Assembly: GCA_032251515.1 (NCBI GenBank)
Contig: JAVVDU010000005.1
Span: 16,396-80,395 of the forward strand
DNA from: Gemmatimonadota bacterium
Lineage (GTDB): Bacteria; Gemmatimonadota; Gemmatimonadetes; Palauibacterales; Palauibacteraceae
DNA length: 64,000 nt
Direction of reading: 5' to 3'
In this document: in pieces, positions 28,378-38,424 of the stretch
How positions within the stretch are numbered: position 1 is the first letter of the stretch
Layout of the letters: each line of letters opens with the position of its first letter
The notes under the pieces: model-generated
Database searches by the model: none
Told to the model about the DNA's origin: nothing
Seen by the model: only the letters and a program-made list of their open reading frames with translations
Made by a program: the position numbers and the translations under genes

Positions 28378-29136
28378 ATGGGACGCTTCGGCTGGAACTG
28401 TGCGGCCGTGACGGACGTGGGCCGCGTACGCGACGAGAACGAGGACTCCGTCTTCTGCTCGGCGGAGTCCGGCGTGTTCGTGGTGGCGGACGGGATGGGA
28501 GGGCACGCCGCGGGCGAGGTGGCGAGCGCCATCGCCTCGGAGATGATCGGGACGCGGCTCTGCGCCTTGCAGAGCGACGAGGGACTCGACGAGGTGCGCG
28601 CCTTCTTCCTCGGCGCGTTCCGGGACGCGAGCTCCGAGATCGTCCGCCAGGCCCACACCGACGCCGCCCGGATGGGCATGGGAACCACGGCCACCGTGCT
28701 CGTGCTGCGGCCCGACGACCACTACGTCGTGGGCCACATCGGCGACAGCCGGGCCTACCTGCTGCGCGAGGGAATCCTGTCGCGCATCACCACGGATCAC
28801 TCGTGGGTCCAGGAGCAGGTGTCGCGCGGCGTCATCTCGCCGGAGCAGGCGCACCGGCACCCGCAGTCGAACATCATCACGCGTGCGCTCGGCACCGACG
28901 AGGATCCCCGGCCCGACATCTTCGTGGGGCCCATGCGGGACGGCGACCGGTACCTCCTCAGCACGGACGGCCTCACGGACATGGTCGACGAGCCCCGCAT
29001 CCGGAAGATCCTGGGAGCCGTCGACGATCCCGGCGGGGCGGCGGCCCGCATGGTCAGCGAGGCGAACCTGGCGGGCGGCGCGGACAACGTCACGGCGCTG
29101 GTCGTCCACGTGGTGGTCCCCGCGGTCGACGACTGA
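28378..29136 (+). CDS. PP2C-family Ser/Thr protein phosphatase
   Basis: The PP2C metal-binding motifs are present (TDVGRVRDENEDS, VADGMGGH, GHIGDSRAYL, DGLTD). The frame was trimmed to MGRFGW (ATG 28378). It is divergent from the sigma factor gene. Confidence 0.85.
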   Translation: MGRFGWNCAAVTDVGRVRDENEDSVFCSAESGVFVVADGMGGHAAGEVASAIASEMIGTRLCALQSDEGLDEVRAFFLGAFRDASSEIVRQAHTDAARMGMGTTATVLVLRPDDHYVVGHIGDSRAYLLREGILSRITTDHSWVQEQVSRGVISPEQAHRHPQSNIITRALGTDEDPRPDIFVGPMRDGDRYLLSTDGLTDMVDEPRIRKILGAVDDPGGAAARMVSEANLAGGADNVTALVVHVVVPAVDD

Positions 29137-29157
29137 CGCGGCCCATCCGGCCCGCCG

Positions 29158-30498
29158 TCAGTCCAGCGGCGCCGGATCGTCCAGCCGTCCCGCGACCTCC
29201 GCGCCCGGGAGCCCGAGCAGCCGCAGCAGCGGCCCCGGGTCGGGCGCCTCGAAGTCGCGGTCGAGACCGAACACGCGCAGGGCGCGCGTCGCGTGGTGCA
29301 GGGAGCGGCCGAGCCGCGGCAGGTCGATCAGCCCTTCCTCGCCCGCCGAGCTGAGGCGCTGCACGCCGCCCCGCCGCCGCACGAGCAGGATTCCGAGCTC
29401 GAGCATGCGGGGGTTCTCGGGGTAGTCGAGCAGGATCGAGCCGGGTTCCCGTCCCCACTCGCGGGCCAGCCGGTCCTCCACGGACCGCACCAGGTCGCGA
29501 TTCCCGGGCATCCAGGTCCCGATCCCGGCGGGGAGCCCGTCTCCCTGCAGCTCGAGCAGGCGCCGTGGCAGGCGCCGGTCCATCAGCGCCGCGAGAAGCC
29601 GGGCGAGCACCGGCGGCGCTTCGCGCTCCCGCATGCGCGCCGCGAGCCGGCCCAGCAGCTCCTCGTCGGTGGGGCCGGCGAGCTCGTCCCGGGCCAGGAG
29701 CCCGGCGTCCAGCGCTCCCTCCACGAGCCGCCGGAACGTCACCGTCGCCGCGCGGACGCCGTGGTGCCAGTAGACGTTCCGGAACATCTGGTACTTCGAG
29801 AACAGGAGCGACTCGAGCGCGCTCAGGCCCTTCTCGGTGACCGCCACCTCGAGCGGCGCGTCCGACGACTCGCGCGCCAGGGCGAGCGAGTCGATCAGCC
29901 GCTCCACGTCCACCGCGCCGTACGGCACGCCGCAGAACATCGCGTCGCGCCGCAGGTAGTCGATCTTGTCCAGGTCGAGGGGGCCGCTCACCAGTCCCTG
30001 CAGCGGGTGCGGTGAGACGCCCCGGATGAGGGCGCTCACCCGCTCCGCCGCGTCCGCGCCGTCGGGCATCGCGGCGACGAGAGCGGCCCGGATCCCCGGG
30101 GCCCGCAGGAAGCGCTCGGCCACATCTTCGTGGTGCCCCGGGATCGCCCCCGGCTCCAGCTCCTCCATCGCGTGGGAGAAGGCGTAGTGGCCGATGTCGT
30201 GCAGGAGGGCGGCGAGCCGCACCGCCGGCAGGGCCGCGCGCTCCTCCTCGCTCAGTCCGTCCAGCTCGCCGCGCCGACGCAGCGCCTCGACCGCCAGGCC
30301 GCCCAGGTGGTGGACGCCCAGCGCGTGCAGGAACCGCGTGTGGACGGCGCCGGGGTAGACGAGGTGCGCGAAGCCCAGCTGCTTGACGCGGCGCAGCCGC
30401 TGGAACTCCGCCGCGTCGACGACGGCCGCGGCCGCCGCGTCGAGCGTGACGTTGCCCCACAGGGGGTCGCGGACGGTCCGCGCGGTGCCGGCGCCCAT
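29158..30498 (-). CDS. HD-domain phosphohydrolase, dGTP triphosphohydrolase (Dgt)-like
   Basis: The HD motif H...HD (LHALGVHH...LLHDIGHYAFSHAME) is followed by DKIDYLRRD, typical of the dGTPase family. The product is 446 aa. Confidence 0.75.
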   Translation of the reverse strand: MGAGTARTVRDPLWGNVTLDAAAAAVVDAAEFQRLRRVKQLGFAHLVYPGAVHTRFLHALGVHHLGGLAVEALRRRGELDGLSEEERAALPAVRLAALLHDIGHYAFSHAMEELEPGAIPGHHEDVAERFLRAPGIRAALVAAMPDGADAAERVSALIRGVSPHPLQGLVSGPLDLDKIDYLRRDAMFCGVPYGAVDVERLIDSLALARESSDAPLEVAVTEKGLSALESLLFSKYQMFRNVYWHHGVRAATVTFRRLVEGALDAGLLARDELAGPTDEELLGRLAARMREREAPPVLARLLAALMDRRLPRRLLELQGDGLPAGIGTWMPGNRDLVRSVEDRLAREWGREPGSILLDYPENPRMLELGILLVRRRGGVQRLSSAGEEGLIDLPRLGRSLHHATRALRVFGLDRDFEAPDPGPLLRLLGLPGAEVAGRLDDPAPLD

Positions 30499-30532
30499 GC
30501 CGTCCGCTACCCCCTCCGGCGGCCGGGCCCGC

Positions 30533-32809
30533 TCAGGCCCGGGCCTCCGCCGCCTGGTGGCGCCGCTGGTCCGCGTCCACCACGCTGATCGCGGCCAGGT
30601 TCAGGATCTCCGCCACCGAGGCGCCCCGCTGCGCCACGTGCACCGAGCGGTCGAGGCCCAGCAGCACCGGCCCGATCGCCTCCGCGCCGCCGATGCGCGC
30701 CAGCAGCTTGTAGGAGGCGTTCGCCGCCGCGAGGCTCGGGAAAATCAGGACGTTCGCCGCCCGCTTCAGGTCGGAGAACGGGTAGACGTCCTTGAGGATC
30801 CCCTCCACGACCGCGGTATCCGCCTGCATCTCGCCGTCCACCACGATGTCCGGCCGGCGCTCCTTGATGAGGCGCACGGCCTCCTGGACCTTCCGCGACT
30901 CCGGGTGCGGCGCCGACCCGAAGTTCGAGAAGGAAATCATCGCCACGTACGGATCGATCCCCAGCCGCCGGACGAAATCGGCCGTCATCGCCGCCGTCTC
31001 GGCGAGGATCTCCGCGTCGGGCTCGATGTTGACGGTCGTGTCGGCGAAGAAATACAGCCGGTCGCGGAACACCATCATGTAGAGGCCCGCCACCTTGTGG
31101 ATCCCCGGCTGCAGGTCGATGGTCTGCAGGGCCGGCCGCAGCGCCTCCGGATAGGCCATGTTCGCCCCGCTGACCAGCGTGTCGGCATCGCCCCTCTCCA
31201 CCATCATCGCCGCGAAGTAGCCGGGCTCCCGCATGCGGGCCCGCGCGTTCGCCCGTGTGACCCCCTTCCGCTTGCGCCGCTCGAACAGGACATCCGTGTA
31301 GGCGGCCAGGCGGTCGGAGGTCTCCGGGTCGACGATCTCCACGCCGGACAGGTCCACCTCCGCGGCCGCGGCGATCTCGCGGACTCGCTCCGGGTTTCCG
31401 AGCAGGACCGGCGTACCGAGCCGCTCCTCGACGATGGCGTGCGAGGCCCGCACGATCACCGGTTCCTCGCCCTCGGGCAGCACGATCCGCTTCGGGGTGC
31501 GCTTCGCCTTCTCCATGATCGAGCGCATGAGCTCGCGGGCGGGGCCGAGGCGGGCCTCCAGCTCCCGCTTGTACTCCTCGATGTCGACCTCGCGACGCGC
31601 CACGCCGGTGTCCATCGCCGCCTGCGCCACCGCCGAGGCCTCCCAGATGAGGACGCGGTGGTCGAACGGGGTCGGGATCAGGTAGTCGCGGCCGAAGTGC
31701 AGGCGCCGGCCCTCGTAGGCGGCCGACACGTACTCCGGCACGTCCTCCCGGGCCAGGTCGGCGAGCGCCTTCGTGGCCGCGATGAACATCGCGTCGTTGA
31801 TCGCGGACGCCCGCACGTCCAGGGCGCCGCGGAAGATGAACGGGAAGCCGAGGACGTTGTTCACCTGGTTCGGGTAGTCGGATCGGCCCGTCGCCATGAT
31901 CACGTCATCGCGGGCCGCCAGCGCGTCCTCCGGCAGGATCTCGGGGTCCGGGTTCGCCATCGCGAACACGATCGGGTCCCGGGCCATCGACTTGATCATC
32001 TCCGGCTTCACGAGCCCGCCGATCGACAGTCCCACGAGCACGTCGGCCCCCTTCAGCGCGTCGGCCAGGGTCTCGGCGTCCGTGTCCACCGCGTAGCGGG
32101 CCTTCTGGGGGGTCAGATTGTCCCGTTTCGTACTGATAACGCCCTTCGAGTCGACGAACCACAGGTTCTCCCGCTTCGCGCCCAGTCTCTCGTAGTGCCA
32201 GGCCGTGGCGATCGCGGCCGCGCCGGCGCCGGAAAACACGATCCGGACGTCCTCGATCTTCTTGTCGGCGAGCTCGAGCGCGTTCACCAGGCCGGCGCCC
32301 GAGATGATCGCCGTACCGTGCTGGTCGTCGTGGAACACCGGGATGTCGAGGCGCTCCTTCAGGGTCTGCTCGATCTCGAAGCAGTCCGGCGCGTGGATGT
32401 CCTCGAGGTTGATCCCGCCGACCGTGGGCGCGAGCATCTCGCAGAACCGGATCACGTCGGCCGGGGTCGGCGCGTCGATCTCCAGGTCGAACACGTCGAT
32501 GTCGGCGAAGGTCTTGAACAGGACGCCCTTGCCCTCCATCACGGGCTTGGAGGCCTCGGGCCCGAGGTCGCCGAGGCCCAGGATCGCCGTCCCGTTCGAC
32601 ACGACGGCCACGAGGTTCCCGCGGGCCGTGTACTTGTAGACGTTCTCGACGTCGGCGTGGATCTCGCGGCACGGCTCCGCCACGCCGGGCGTGTAGGCGA
32701 GCGACAGGTCTCTCTGGGTGGCGCAGGGCTTGGTCGGGACGACCTGCATCTTTCCCGGCCGGCCTTCCGAATGGTATTGGAGAGCCACTTCCTTGCGAAT
32801 CTTGGCCAC
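30533..32809 (-). CDS. maeB: NADP-dependent malic enzyme (malic enzyme fused to phosphotransacetylase-like domain)
   Basis: The malic-enzyme core ([44 protein letters not shown]) is joined to a C-terminal PTA-like domain, with a total length of about 758 aa. A GTG start at 32809 (verified) is preferred over ATG 32749, because upstream residues [20 protein letters not shown] align with the MaeB N-terminus. The 1014-aa ORF extension is rejected. Confidence 0.93.
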   Translation of the reverse strand: MAKIRKEVALQYHSEGRPGKMQVVPTKPCATQRDLSLAYTPGVAEPCREIHADVENVYKYTARGNLVAVVSNGTAILGLGDLGPEASKPVMEGKGVLFKTFADIDVFDLEIDAPTPADVIRFCEMLAPTVGGINLEDIHAPDCFEIEQTLKERLDIPVFHDDQHGTAIISGAGLVNALELADKKIEDVRIVFSGAGAAAIATAWHYERLGAKRENLWFVDSKGVISTKRDNLTPQKARYAVDTDAETLADALKGADVLVGLSIGGLVKPEMIKSMARDPIVFAMANPDPEILPEDALAARDDVIMATGRSDYPNQVNNVLGFPFIFRGALDVRASAINDAMFIAATKALADLAREDVPEYVSAAYEGRRLHFGRDYLIPTPFDHRVLIWEASAVAQAAMDTGVARREVDIEEYKRELEARLGPARELMRSIMEKAKRTPKRIVLPEGEEPVIVRASHAIVEERLGTPVLLGNPERVREIAAAAEVDLSGVEIVDPETSDRLAAYTDVLFERRKRKGVTRANARARMREPGYFAAMMVERGDADTLVSGANMAYPEALRPALQTIDLQPGIHKVAGLYMMVFRDRLYFFADTTVNIEPDAEILAETAAMTADFVRRLGIDPYVAMISFSNFGSAPHPESRKVQEAVRLIKERRPDIVVDGEMQADTAVVEGILKDVYPFSDLKRAANVLIFPSLAAANASYKLLARIGGAEAIGPVLLGLDRSVHVAQRGASVAEILNLAAISVVDADQRRHQAAEARA

Positions 32810-33025
32810 GGTGCCTCGCTCCGTCTGCGGGTGCGCTTTCCGGGTCCTCTGGAGGGAGGAAGGGATGAGGTGCAGCGCTGCAAGTAGCCTGCCTCCGCGC
32901 CGCCGTCCGCGCCACCCCCCGGGCCGACGGAACGGACGGCGCGGCGCGTCTCCAGCTTGCGACCCACCGGCGTGCCGGGCACTATTCCGGCGAGGCGCGT
33001 CAACCCGCTCTCCAGGGGAGGGACC

Positions 33026-33433
33026 GTGGAGATCCTGCCGGGACGGATGATCTACCTGGGCTACGGGAAGTTCTGGCGGTCGGACGAGATCGTCGGTCTC
33101 CTGCCGATCGAGGAGGGCCGGGGGCCCGGCCGGCGCACCGAGGTGTGGGTCGCCACCAGGGAGGAGCCGATCGTGGCCTCCCGCTCCGAGCAGACGATCC
33201 TGGGCGACATGGCCGCCCTGCCGGACGGTACGTCCCGTGCCGCGGAGCTCCGCAGTGCCATCGGGGGCCTCGTGGAGGAGCTGGGCGACCTGCCCCCCGT
33301 GCTGCGCCGGCTCCTGAAGCGCGAGGGCGGGCTGGACGCCGACTTCTGGATCCGCCGGCTCCGCGCCCTCTCCGATCCCGGCACGGGGGCGGGCGAGGAC
33401 GAGCCGCAGGAAGACCTGTTCGGGGAGGAGTGA
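33026..33433 (+). CDS. DUF370 / RemA-like small regulatory protein with C-terminal extension
   Basis: MIYLGYGKFWRSDEIVGLLPIEE...GRRTEVWVATREEPIVASRSEQTIL resembles B. subtilis RemA, judged from memory (I..G.G...IV...PE...GRRTR.V...D..IL.S....T). The GTG at 33026 has a gggagg SD 7-12 nt upstream. The Met at 33047 is an alternative. Confidence 0.5.
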   Translation: MEILPGRMIYLGYGKFWRSDEIVGLLPIEEGRGPGRRTEVWVATREEPIVASRSEQTILGDMAALPDGTSRAAELRSAIGGLVEELGDLPPVLRRLLKREGGLDADFWIRRLRALSDPGTGAGEDEPQEDLFGEE

Positions 33434-33482
33434 GCCGCGGGCGGGCGGAAACCCCCGTTCCGCTCGCCGGTATCTCCTCTCC

Positions 33483-35597
33483 GTGACCTCGCTCCCGCTT
33501 CCCGACCTCCGCACGCGGCGCGGCCGCCGCGCGAGCCGTGCGGCCTTCGCCGCCCTGGCCGTTCTCGCGGGGCTCACCGGGCCGCCTTCTCCCGCTGAGG
33601 CGCAGTCCCCGTCGGAGGCGCAGACTCACGGCCGCGACTGGAACGATCCCCGCACGCTCGCGCTCGTCCGGGCCGCGATCGACGCGCGGCGACACCCGTG
33701 GGGCGACAGCACGCTGGAGGCGTTCGACCTGTACGCCGAGGGCCGGGTCCACTACCTGGCCGACTTCGGCGGCGAGGCCGGCCAGCAGGCGCTGCGCGCC
33801 GACCGCATCGCGCTCGAGCTGCGCTGGCGGCGGGACGTCGGGTCGCTGCAGGAGATCGTCGGCCGGCGGTACTCCGAGTGGCTCCCGACCCGGATCCACT
33901 ACCACATCGACCACCTCGCCCTCGTGGTCGACAACTACGGTGACCGCATCCGGATCGGCGAAGGAGACGAGGTGCGCGACGCCCCGCACCCGCTGGCCCC
34001 GCGCGCCCCGGAGATCTACGACTACCGCTTCGTCGACTCGCTGGCGATGCAGATCTCCGGCGTGTGGCGGACGCTGGCGCGCCTCGAGGTGCGCCCGAAG
34101 CGCCCGGGCGAACCGGCCGTCCTCGGCACCCTCGACCTGGACCGCCGCTCGCACGGCCTCACGCGGCTCGCCGTCACCTTCACCCCCGCCTCGTACGTCG
34201 ATCCCCGGCTCGTCCACGTGTCCCTCGAGCTGGAGAACGCGCTCGTGGAGGGACGCACCTGGCTCCCGTCGGCGCAGCGGACGGAGATCCGCCGCCGCCT
34301 GGCGTGGATGGAGCTGCCGTTCGGGTCGTCGATCCGCACGAGCTTCCGCGTCCTGGAATACGACATGGCGCCCGCGCTGCGCGGCGGCGTGCCGCCCGGG
34401 CACCACGTGCGGGCCCGCCCGCGTCGGGACCTGGCGCGGTACGCCGGCTGGCGGACGCCCGCGCTGAAGGCGTGGCCGGAGGACGTACGCACCGATTCCG
34501 TGCGGCTCGAGGAGGTGCGGGATGCCGCCCTGTCGATCGCGGGACGCCGCATCATGGAGGGCGGCGCGGGGACGCGGCTGTACGTCCCCGGCGTCTCCTC
34601 CGCCCTGCGGGTCCGCCGCGCCGAGGGGGTGTTCGCGGGGGCGGGCGTCCGGCACCGGCTGGACGGCCGGCACGAGCTGACCGGGCTGGCCGGATGGGTG
34701 TTCGGGCGCGAGGAGGGGTTCGTGCGCCTCGCCGCCTCGCGCCGGGCGGGCGACGCGACGCTCACCGCTTCGGGATACGTGAACGACCTCGCCGACGCCG
34801 GGCCGTTCCCGGCCGCCGCCGGCCTGGTGGCCAGCCTCGGAGCCCTGGCCGACGGTGACGACTGGACGGACCCCTACTTCCGCACCGGCGCCTCGCTGTC
34901 CCTGGCCGGCCCGCTCGGCCGGCTCGGGACGGGCGAGGCGGCACTCGCGGTGGAGCGTCACGACGGGGCCGCGCTGGAGCTCGACCCGCTCGGCGGCGTG
35001 GACGCGCGGCCGGTCCGGCCGATCGACGAGGGGACGGACCTCCTCCTGTCCCTCCGGCTGGAGCGGTACGCGGGGACGCTGGCCGGCACGCGACTCACCG
35101 CGACGCTGGCGGCAGACCTCTCGGCGGGCAGCGACTTCGGTTACACCCGGTGGACGGGCGAGCTGCGGGCGCTGCCGCGCGAGCCGGACGCCGCGTGGGC
35201 GTGGGAGGCGCGGGCCGGGCTCGGCGCCGGGACGGGCACGCTCCCGGCCCAGAAGCTGATCCTGCTGGGGGGCCGGGGCACGCTGCCGGGCTACCGGGTG
35301 CGCGCGTTCGGGGGCGACGCGGGCGGGTTCCTGCACGTGGCCGTCTCCCGGTCGGTGTGGCACCCCTGGGTCCGCGTGCGGGCCCTCGGTGCGGCCGGCT
35401 GGGCGGACGCCGGCGGCCCGGGCCGCGACGCCGCCGCCCGGTTCGGCGTCGGGCGGACGGGCGACCTGCGGACGTCGCTCGGCGGCGGCGTAGCCCTGTT
35501 CTACGACGTGGTGCGGGTCGACGGGGCGCGCGGCCTGCGGGACGGCCGCTGGGAGTGGATGGTGTCCGTGTCGCCGGCGTTCCGGGCGCCGCTGTAG
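33483..35597 (+). CDS. secreted hypothetical protein (704 aa)
   Basis: The signal peptide has an RTRRGRR n-region and an AFAALAVLAGL h-region. It is a long uninterrupted frame with strong third-position GC bias. No motif was recognised. Confidence 0.5.
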   Translation: MTSLPLPDLRTRRGRRASRAAFAALAVLAGLTGPPSPAEAQSPSEAQTHGRDWNDPRTLALVRAAIDARRHPWGDSTLEAFDLYAEGRVHYLADFGGEAGQQALRADRIALELRWRRDVGSLQEIVGRRYSEWLPTRIHYHIDHLALVVDNYGDRIRIGEGDEVRDAPHPLAPRAPEIYDYRFVDSLAMQISGVWRTLARLEVRPKRPGEPAVLGTLDLDRRSHGLTRLAVTFTPASYVDPRLVHVSLELENALVEGRTWLPSAQRTEIRRRLAWMELPFGSSIRTSFRVLEYDMAPALRGGVPPGHHVRARPRRDLARYAGWRTPALKAWPEDVRTDSVRLEEVRDAALSIAGRRIMEGGAGTRLYVPGVSSALRVRRAEGVFAGAGVRHRLDGRHELTGLAGWVFGREEGFVRLAASRRAGDATLTASGYVNDLADAGPFPAAAGLVASLGALADGDDWTDPYFRTGASLSLAGPLGRLGTGEAALAVERHDGAALELDPLGGVDARPVRPIDEGTDLLLSLRLERYAGTLAGTRLTATLAADLSAGSDFGYTRWTGELRALPREPDAAWAWEARAGLGAGTGTLPAQKLILLGGRGTLPGYRVRAFGGDAGGFLHVAVSRSVWHPWVRVRALGAAGWADAGGPGRDAAARFGVGRTGDLRTSLGGGVALFYDVVRVDGARGLRDGRWEWMVSVSPAFRAPL

Positions 35598-35677
35598 GCG
35601 GGGGCGGGGCGGGCGGCGGCGTCCTCGCGTCAAGAATACTTGACTCGTCTTTTTACGAGTCGTAGTTTGTTGACCTG

Positions 35678-36838
35678 ATGAGCGAGAACCCGTTCCGCAT
35701 CGGCGTCCACGTGTCGGGCCGCTACTTCACCGACCGGGCGGACGAGGTGAAGCGGCTCCGGCGCGCGATGCGGGAGCCGACCCGACTCCTCGTGCTCGGC
35801 CCGCGCCGCATGGGCAAGAGCTCCGCCATCGCCGTGGCGGCGGAGGGGGCGCGCAGGGACGCCATCCTGGTGGTCCGCGCGGACCTGTCTACCGCGAGCA
35901 CGCTCGTGGACGTGGCGAACCGGCTGCTCGCCTCCCTGTCGGCCCAGCGGGAGCCGTCCTGGCTGGCGAGGCTGGCCGGCTCCCTCGCCCCGACCGTCTC
36001 GCTGACCATGGACCCCGTCACCGGCACGCCACGAATCGTCTTCGGCGCGGAGACGCGAAGCGCGCCCGCCGCCCGGCAGCGACGCTCCCTCGAGGAGGTC
36101 ATCGCGGCCCTGGCGGGCGAAGCGGCGGGTGGCGGGCGGGTCGCGGTCGTCCTCGATGAATTCCAGGCGATCGTGCGCCTCGGGGGCGAGGAGGCGGAGT
36201 GGCACCTCCGCGACCTGATGCAGCGCCACGCGGAGGTCAGCTTCATCTGCGCGGGTTCGGAGGTCTCCCTCGTCCACGAGATGCTGGGAGAGCACCGGGC
36301 GTTCTTCCGCACCTTCGAGCTGCTGCACGTCGGGCCGGTAGAGCCGGAGCACCTGGCCCGCTGGATCGACGCGCGCCTCGGCGGCGCCGGTGTCGAGTCG
36401 GACGGCGCGGGGGAAGAGCTCGTGGACTTGGCCGGACCGCGGACGCAGGACATACTCCAGGTCGCCCGGCACGTGTACGTCCGCGGGCTCGCGCGCGGCT
36501 CGGTGTCGGCCGCGGACGTGAGGCCCGCGCTGCTCGACGTGGTCCGCGAGGAAGACCATGTCATCCGCACCGTCTGGTCTGATCTCACCGTGAATCAGCA
36601 GAACGTGCTCCGCGCCGTCGCGTCCGGCGCAGAGCAGATCTTCTCGGCCGCCGTGCGGTCGAGGTTCGGTCTGCCGACCTCCTCGACCGTGGCGGCGGCC
36701 GTCGCCGCCCTGGAGAAGCGCGGGATCCTCGTGCGTGAGGCGGACGGAAGCGTCCGCTTCGACAACCCCTTCCTCAGGCGCTGGGTGGAGCGGGAAGCGG
36801 GAGGAGACGTGCTTCCCGTGGAGATGCCGCAGGACTGA
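35678..36838 (+). CDS. AAA-type ATPase of the Arch_ATPase/DUF234 family
   Basis: Walker A (VLGPRRMGKSS) and Walker B (VVLDEFQ) are present. The C-terminal region resembles the DUF234 winged-helix extension. The product is 386 aa. Confidence 0.7.
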   Translation: MSENPFRIGVHVSGRYFTDRADEVKRLRRAMREPTRLLVLGPRRMGKSSAIAVAAEGARRDAILVVRADLSTASTLVDVANRLLASLSAQREPSWLARLAGSLAPTVSLTMDPVTGTPRIVFGAETRSAPAARQRRSLEEVIAALAGEAAGGGRVAVVLDEFQAIVRLGGEEAEWHLRDLMQRHAEVSFICAGSEVSLVHEMLGEHRAFFRTFELLHVGPVEPEHLARWIDARLGGAGVESDGAGEELVDLAGPRTQDILQVARHVYVRGLARGSVSAADVRPALLDVVREEDHVIRTVWSDLTVNQQNVLRAVASGAEQIFSAAVRSRFGLPTSSTVAAAVAALEKRGILVREADGSVRFDNPFLRRWVEREAGGDVLPVEMPQD

Positions 36839-36928
36839 ACCGCGCCCCCGGTGGCGGACCGTATCCGCACTGCGGAACGAGATGGAGGCGCGCGGGGCGG
36901 CGGGGCGGCCGCCCCGCGCCCGCCGACC

Positions 36929-37924
36929 TCAGAGCGCGCGCAGCGGCGGCCCGATGAACGGGGCGTTCAGCACGCAGGAGATCTGCTGGCCGGCCACGAG
37001 GATCCCGCGGACGTCGCCGCCGCCCCCGCCTCCGCCACTCGCCGCACCGGCTGCCGCGCCGGCGCCAGCTCCGATCAGCGTGCCCTTCCGGCCGCCGAAG
37101 ATGCTTCCGAGGATCGCTCCCGTGATGGCGCCCTGCACCGCACGGCCCCCCGCGCTCGACCCGCCGCCCCCGGAGCCCACCCGCTGCAGGCGTGTCTCGG
37201 CGACGGCGGAGGCATCGATCGGGTAGGACTCGCCCTCGATCACGACCTGCGTGAAGCGGATCGACATGGAGCCGTTCCCGTCACGGTCCGGCTCCACGAC
37301 GTCCACGATCTCGCCCTGCATGCGCGCCCCCGCCGGGATCACCTCGCGCCCCTCGGAGTCGAGGACGGGACGCGACAGGGTGGCGGTGAAGCCGTCTCCC
37401 GGACGGTTCCATTCCGTGCTGAGCTGCTGCTGGAGCCGCACGTCGAAGTTCGTCCCGGCGGGCGCCGGCGTGGACGCGGGAACCGGTTCGGGCGTCGTCT
37501 CGACCGGCTCCGGCGCCGGGAGCTGGGCCAGCCGCTCGGGCACCGGCTCGGGCGCGGGATCCGGGTCAGGTTCGGGCTCGGGTTCCGGTTCGGGTTCCGG
37601 TTGCGGCTGCGGCGCCGCCTCCGGCTCGGGCTCGGGTTCCGGCTCGGGGGCCGGGGCCGGCGCGGCCGCGTCCTCTCCCGCCGCCGCCGGTTCCGGCGTC
37701 TCCGGGAGCGGCGCCTCGTCGGGACGGCCCTCGTCCCGCAGCTCCGGGAGGGTCTCCGGCTCCGCGAGCACCAGGTTCAGCTCCCGGTCCACCTCGCCGC
37801 GCCGCGCCTCCCACGCCTCGGCGGTCCCGTCCGGGCCCGCGTCCGCGCCGCACGCCGCCGCGAGAGCCGCGAGGAGCAGGACTCCTCCGGTGAGTGCGCC
37901 CTTCAGGCTTCCCGTGGCTCGCAT
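36929..37924 (-). CDS. lipoprotein with (PE)n linker and C-terminal glycine-zipper (SlyB/17-kDa-antigen-like)
   Basis: The frame was trimmed to MRATGSLKGALTGGVLLLAALAAACG (lipobox). A long PEPEPEPE/PQPQ low-complexity segment is present. The C-terminus GAITGAILGSIFGG...GAGAGAAAGAASGGGGGGG is a glycine-zipper. Confidence 0.6.
   Translation of the reverse strand: MRATGSLKGALTGGVLLLAALAAACGADAGPDGTAEAWEARRGEVDRELNLVLAEPETLPELRDEGRPDEAPLPETPEPAAAGEDAAAPAPAPEPEPEPEPEAAPQPQPEPEPEPEPEPDPDPAPEPVPERLAQLPAPEPVETTPEPVPASTPAPAGTNFDVRLQQQLSTEWNRPGDGFTATLSRPVLDSEGREVIPAGARMQGEIVDVVEPDRDGNGSMSIRFTQVVIEGESYPIDASAVAETRLQRVGSGGGGSSAGGRAVQGAITGAILGSIFGGRKGTLIGAGAGAAAGAASGGGGGGGDVRGILVAGQQISCVLNAPFIGPPLRAL
37530..37690. 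repeat. low-complexity hexanucleotide-like repeat (ccggag/cccgag; encodes PEPEPE on minus strand)
   Basis: Seen directly as reiterated cgggtt/ccggtt/cgggct units. Boundaries are approximate. Confidence 0.6.
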
Positions 37925-38424
37925 GTCGTCTCCTCCTGCCGTCGCTCCGTCTCGCCCATCTCTCTCACCCACGCAACCGGTCCAGGTTCCGGGATGTTTC
38001 GGAACGGGGGGTGAGGGGTGGCGTTCAGGGAGGAGTCCTGCCCGCTGCGCGCGGGTATCCGCGCGTACTCCTGACCGGCACTATCGATCGTTCTCTCCCC
38101 GGACCGGGCGGATCCAGATGAGCCTGGAGAAGGGGGACCCGCGAACGCCGGAGGACGGAGCGTCCCCGATCGGGCCGTTCCGTCCCATCCGCCTCTCCTG
38201 GCGCCGGGCGCGGCGCGGCAGCGGATCGCGCGACCGGACGGCCCTTCCATCCCCCGGGCAGGATCCCGCCTGCCACGGGCACGATTCCTGCTGACCTCCC
38301 CGGCTGCGGCCCCACATGGTGAACCCCCCGCGCGCCGGCTTCCGGTGCGGCGACGACCGCGATGGAGGCGGGATTTCCCCCGCCGTTCCGTAACGCGGCC
38401 GAGGTTTCTGTGTGGAGGTGCTTT

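Noticed and set aside
32957-33025. Start of the DUF370 gene at the ORF-track Met 32957.
   Set aside because: RemA-like homology and an SD (gggagg) support GTG 33026. The upstream 23 codons are unconserved, and without a ribosome-binding site.
30533-33577. A 1014-aa ORF extends maeB upstream to 33577.
   Set aside because: Homology to malic enzyme begins at GTG 32809 (…[20 protein letters not shown]). The upstream 250 codons are featureless. They also overlap the divergent DUF370 gene.
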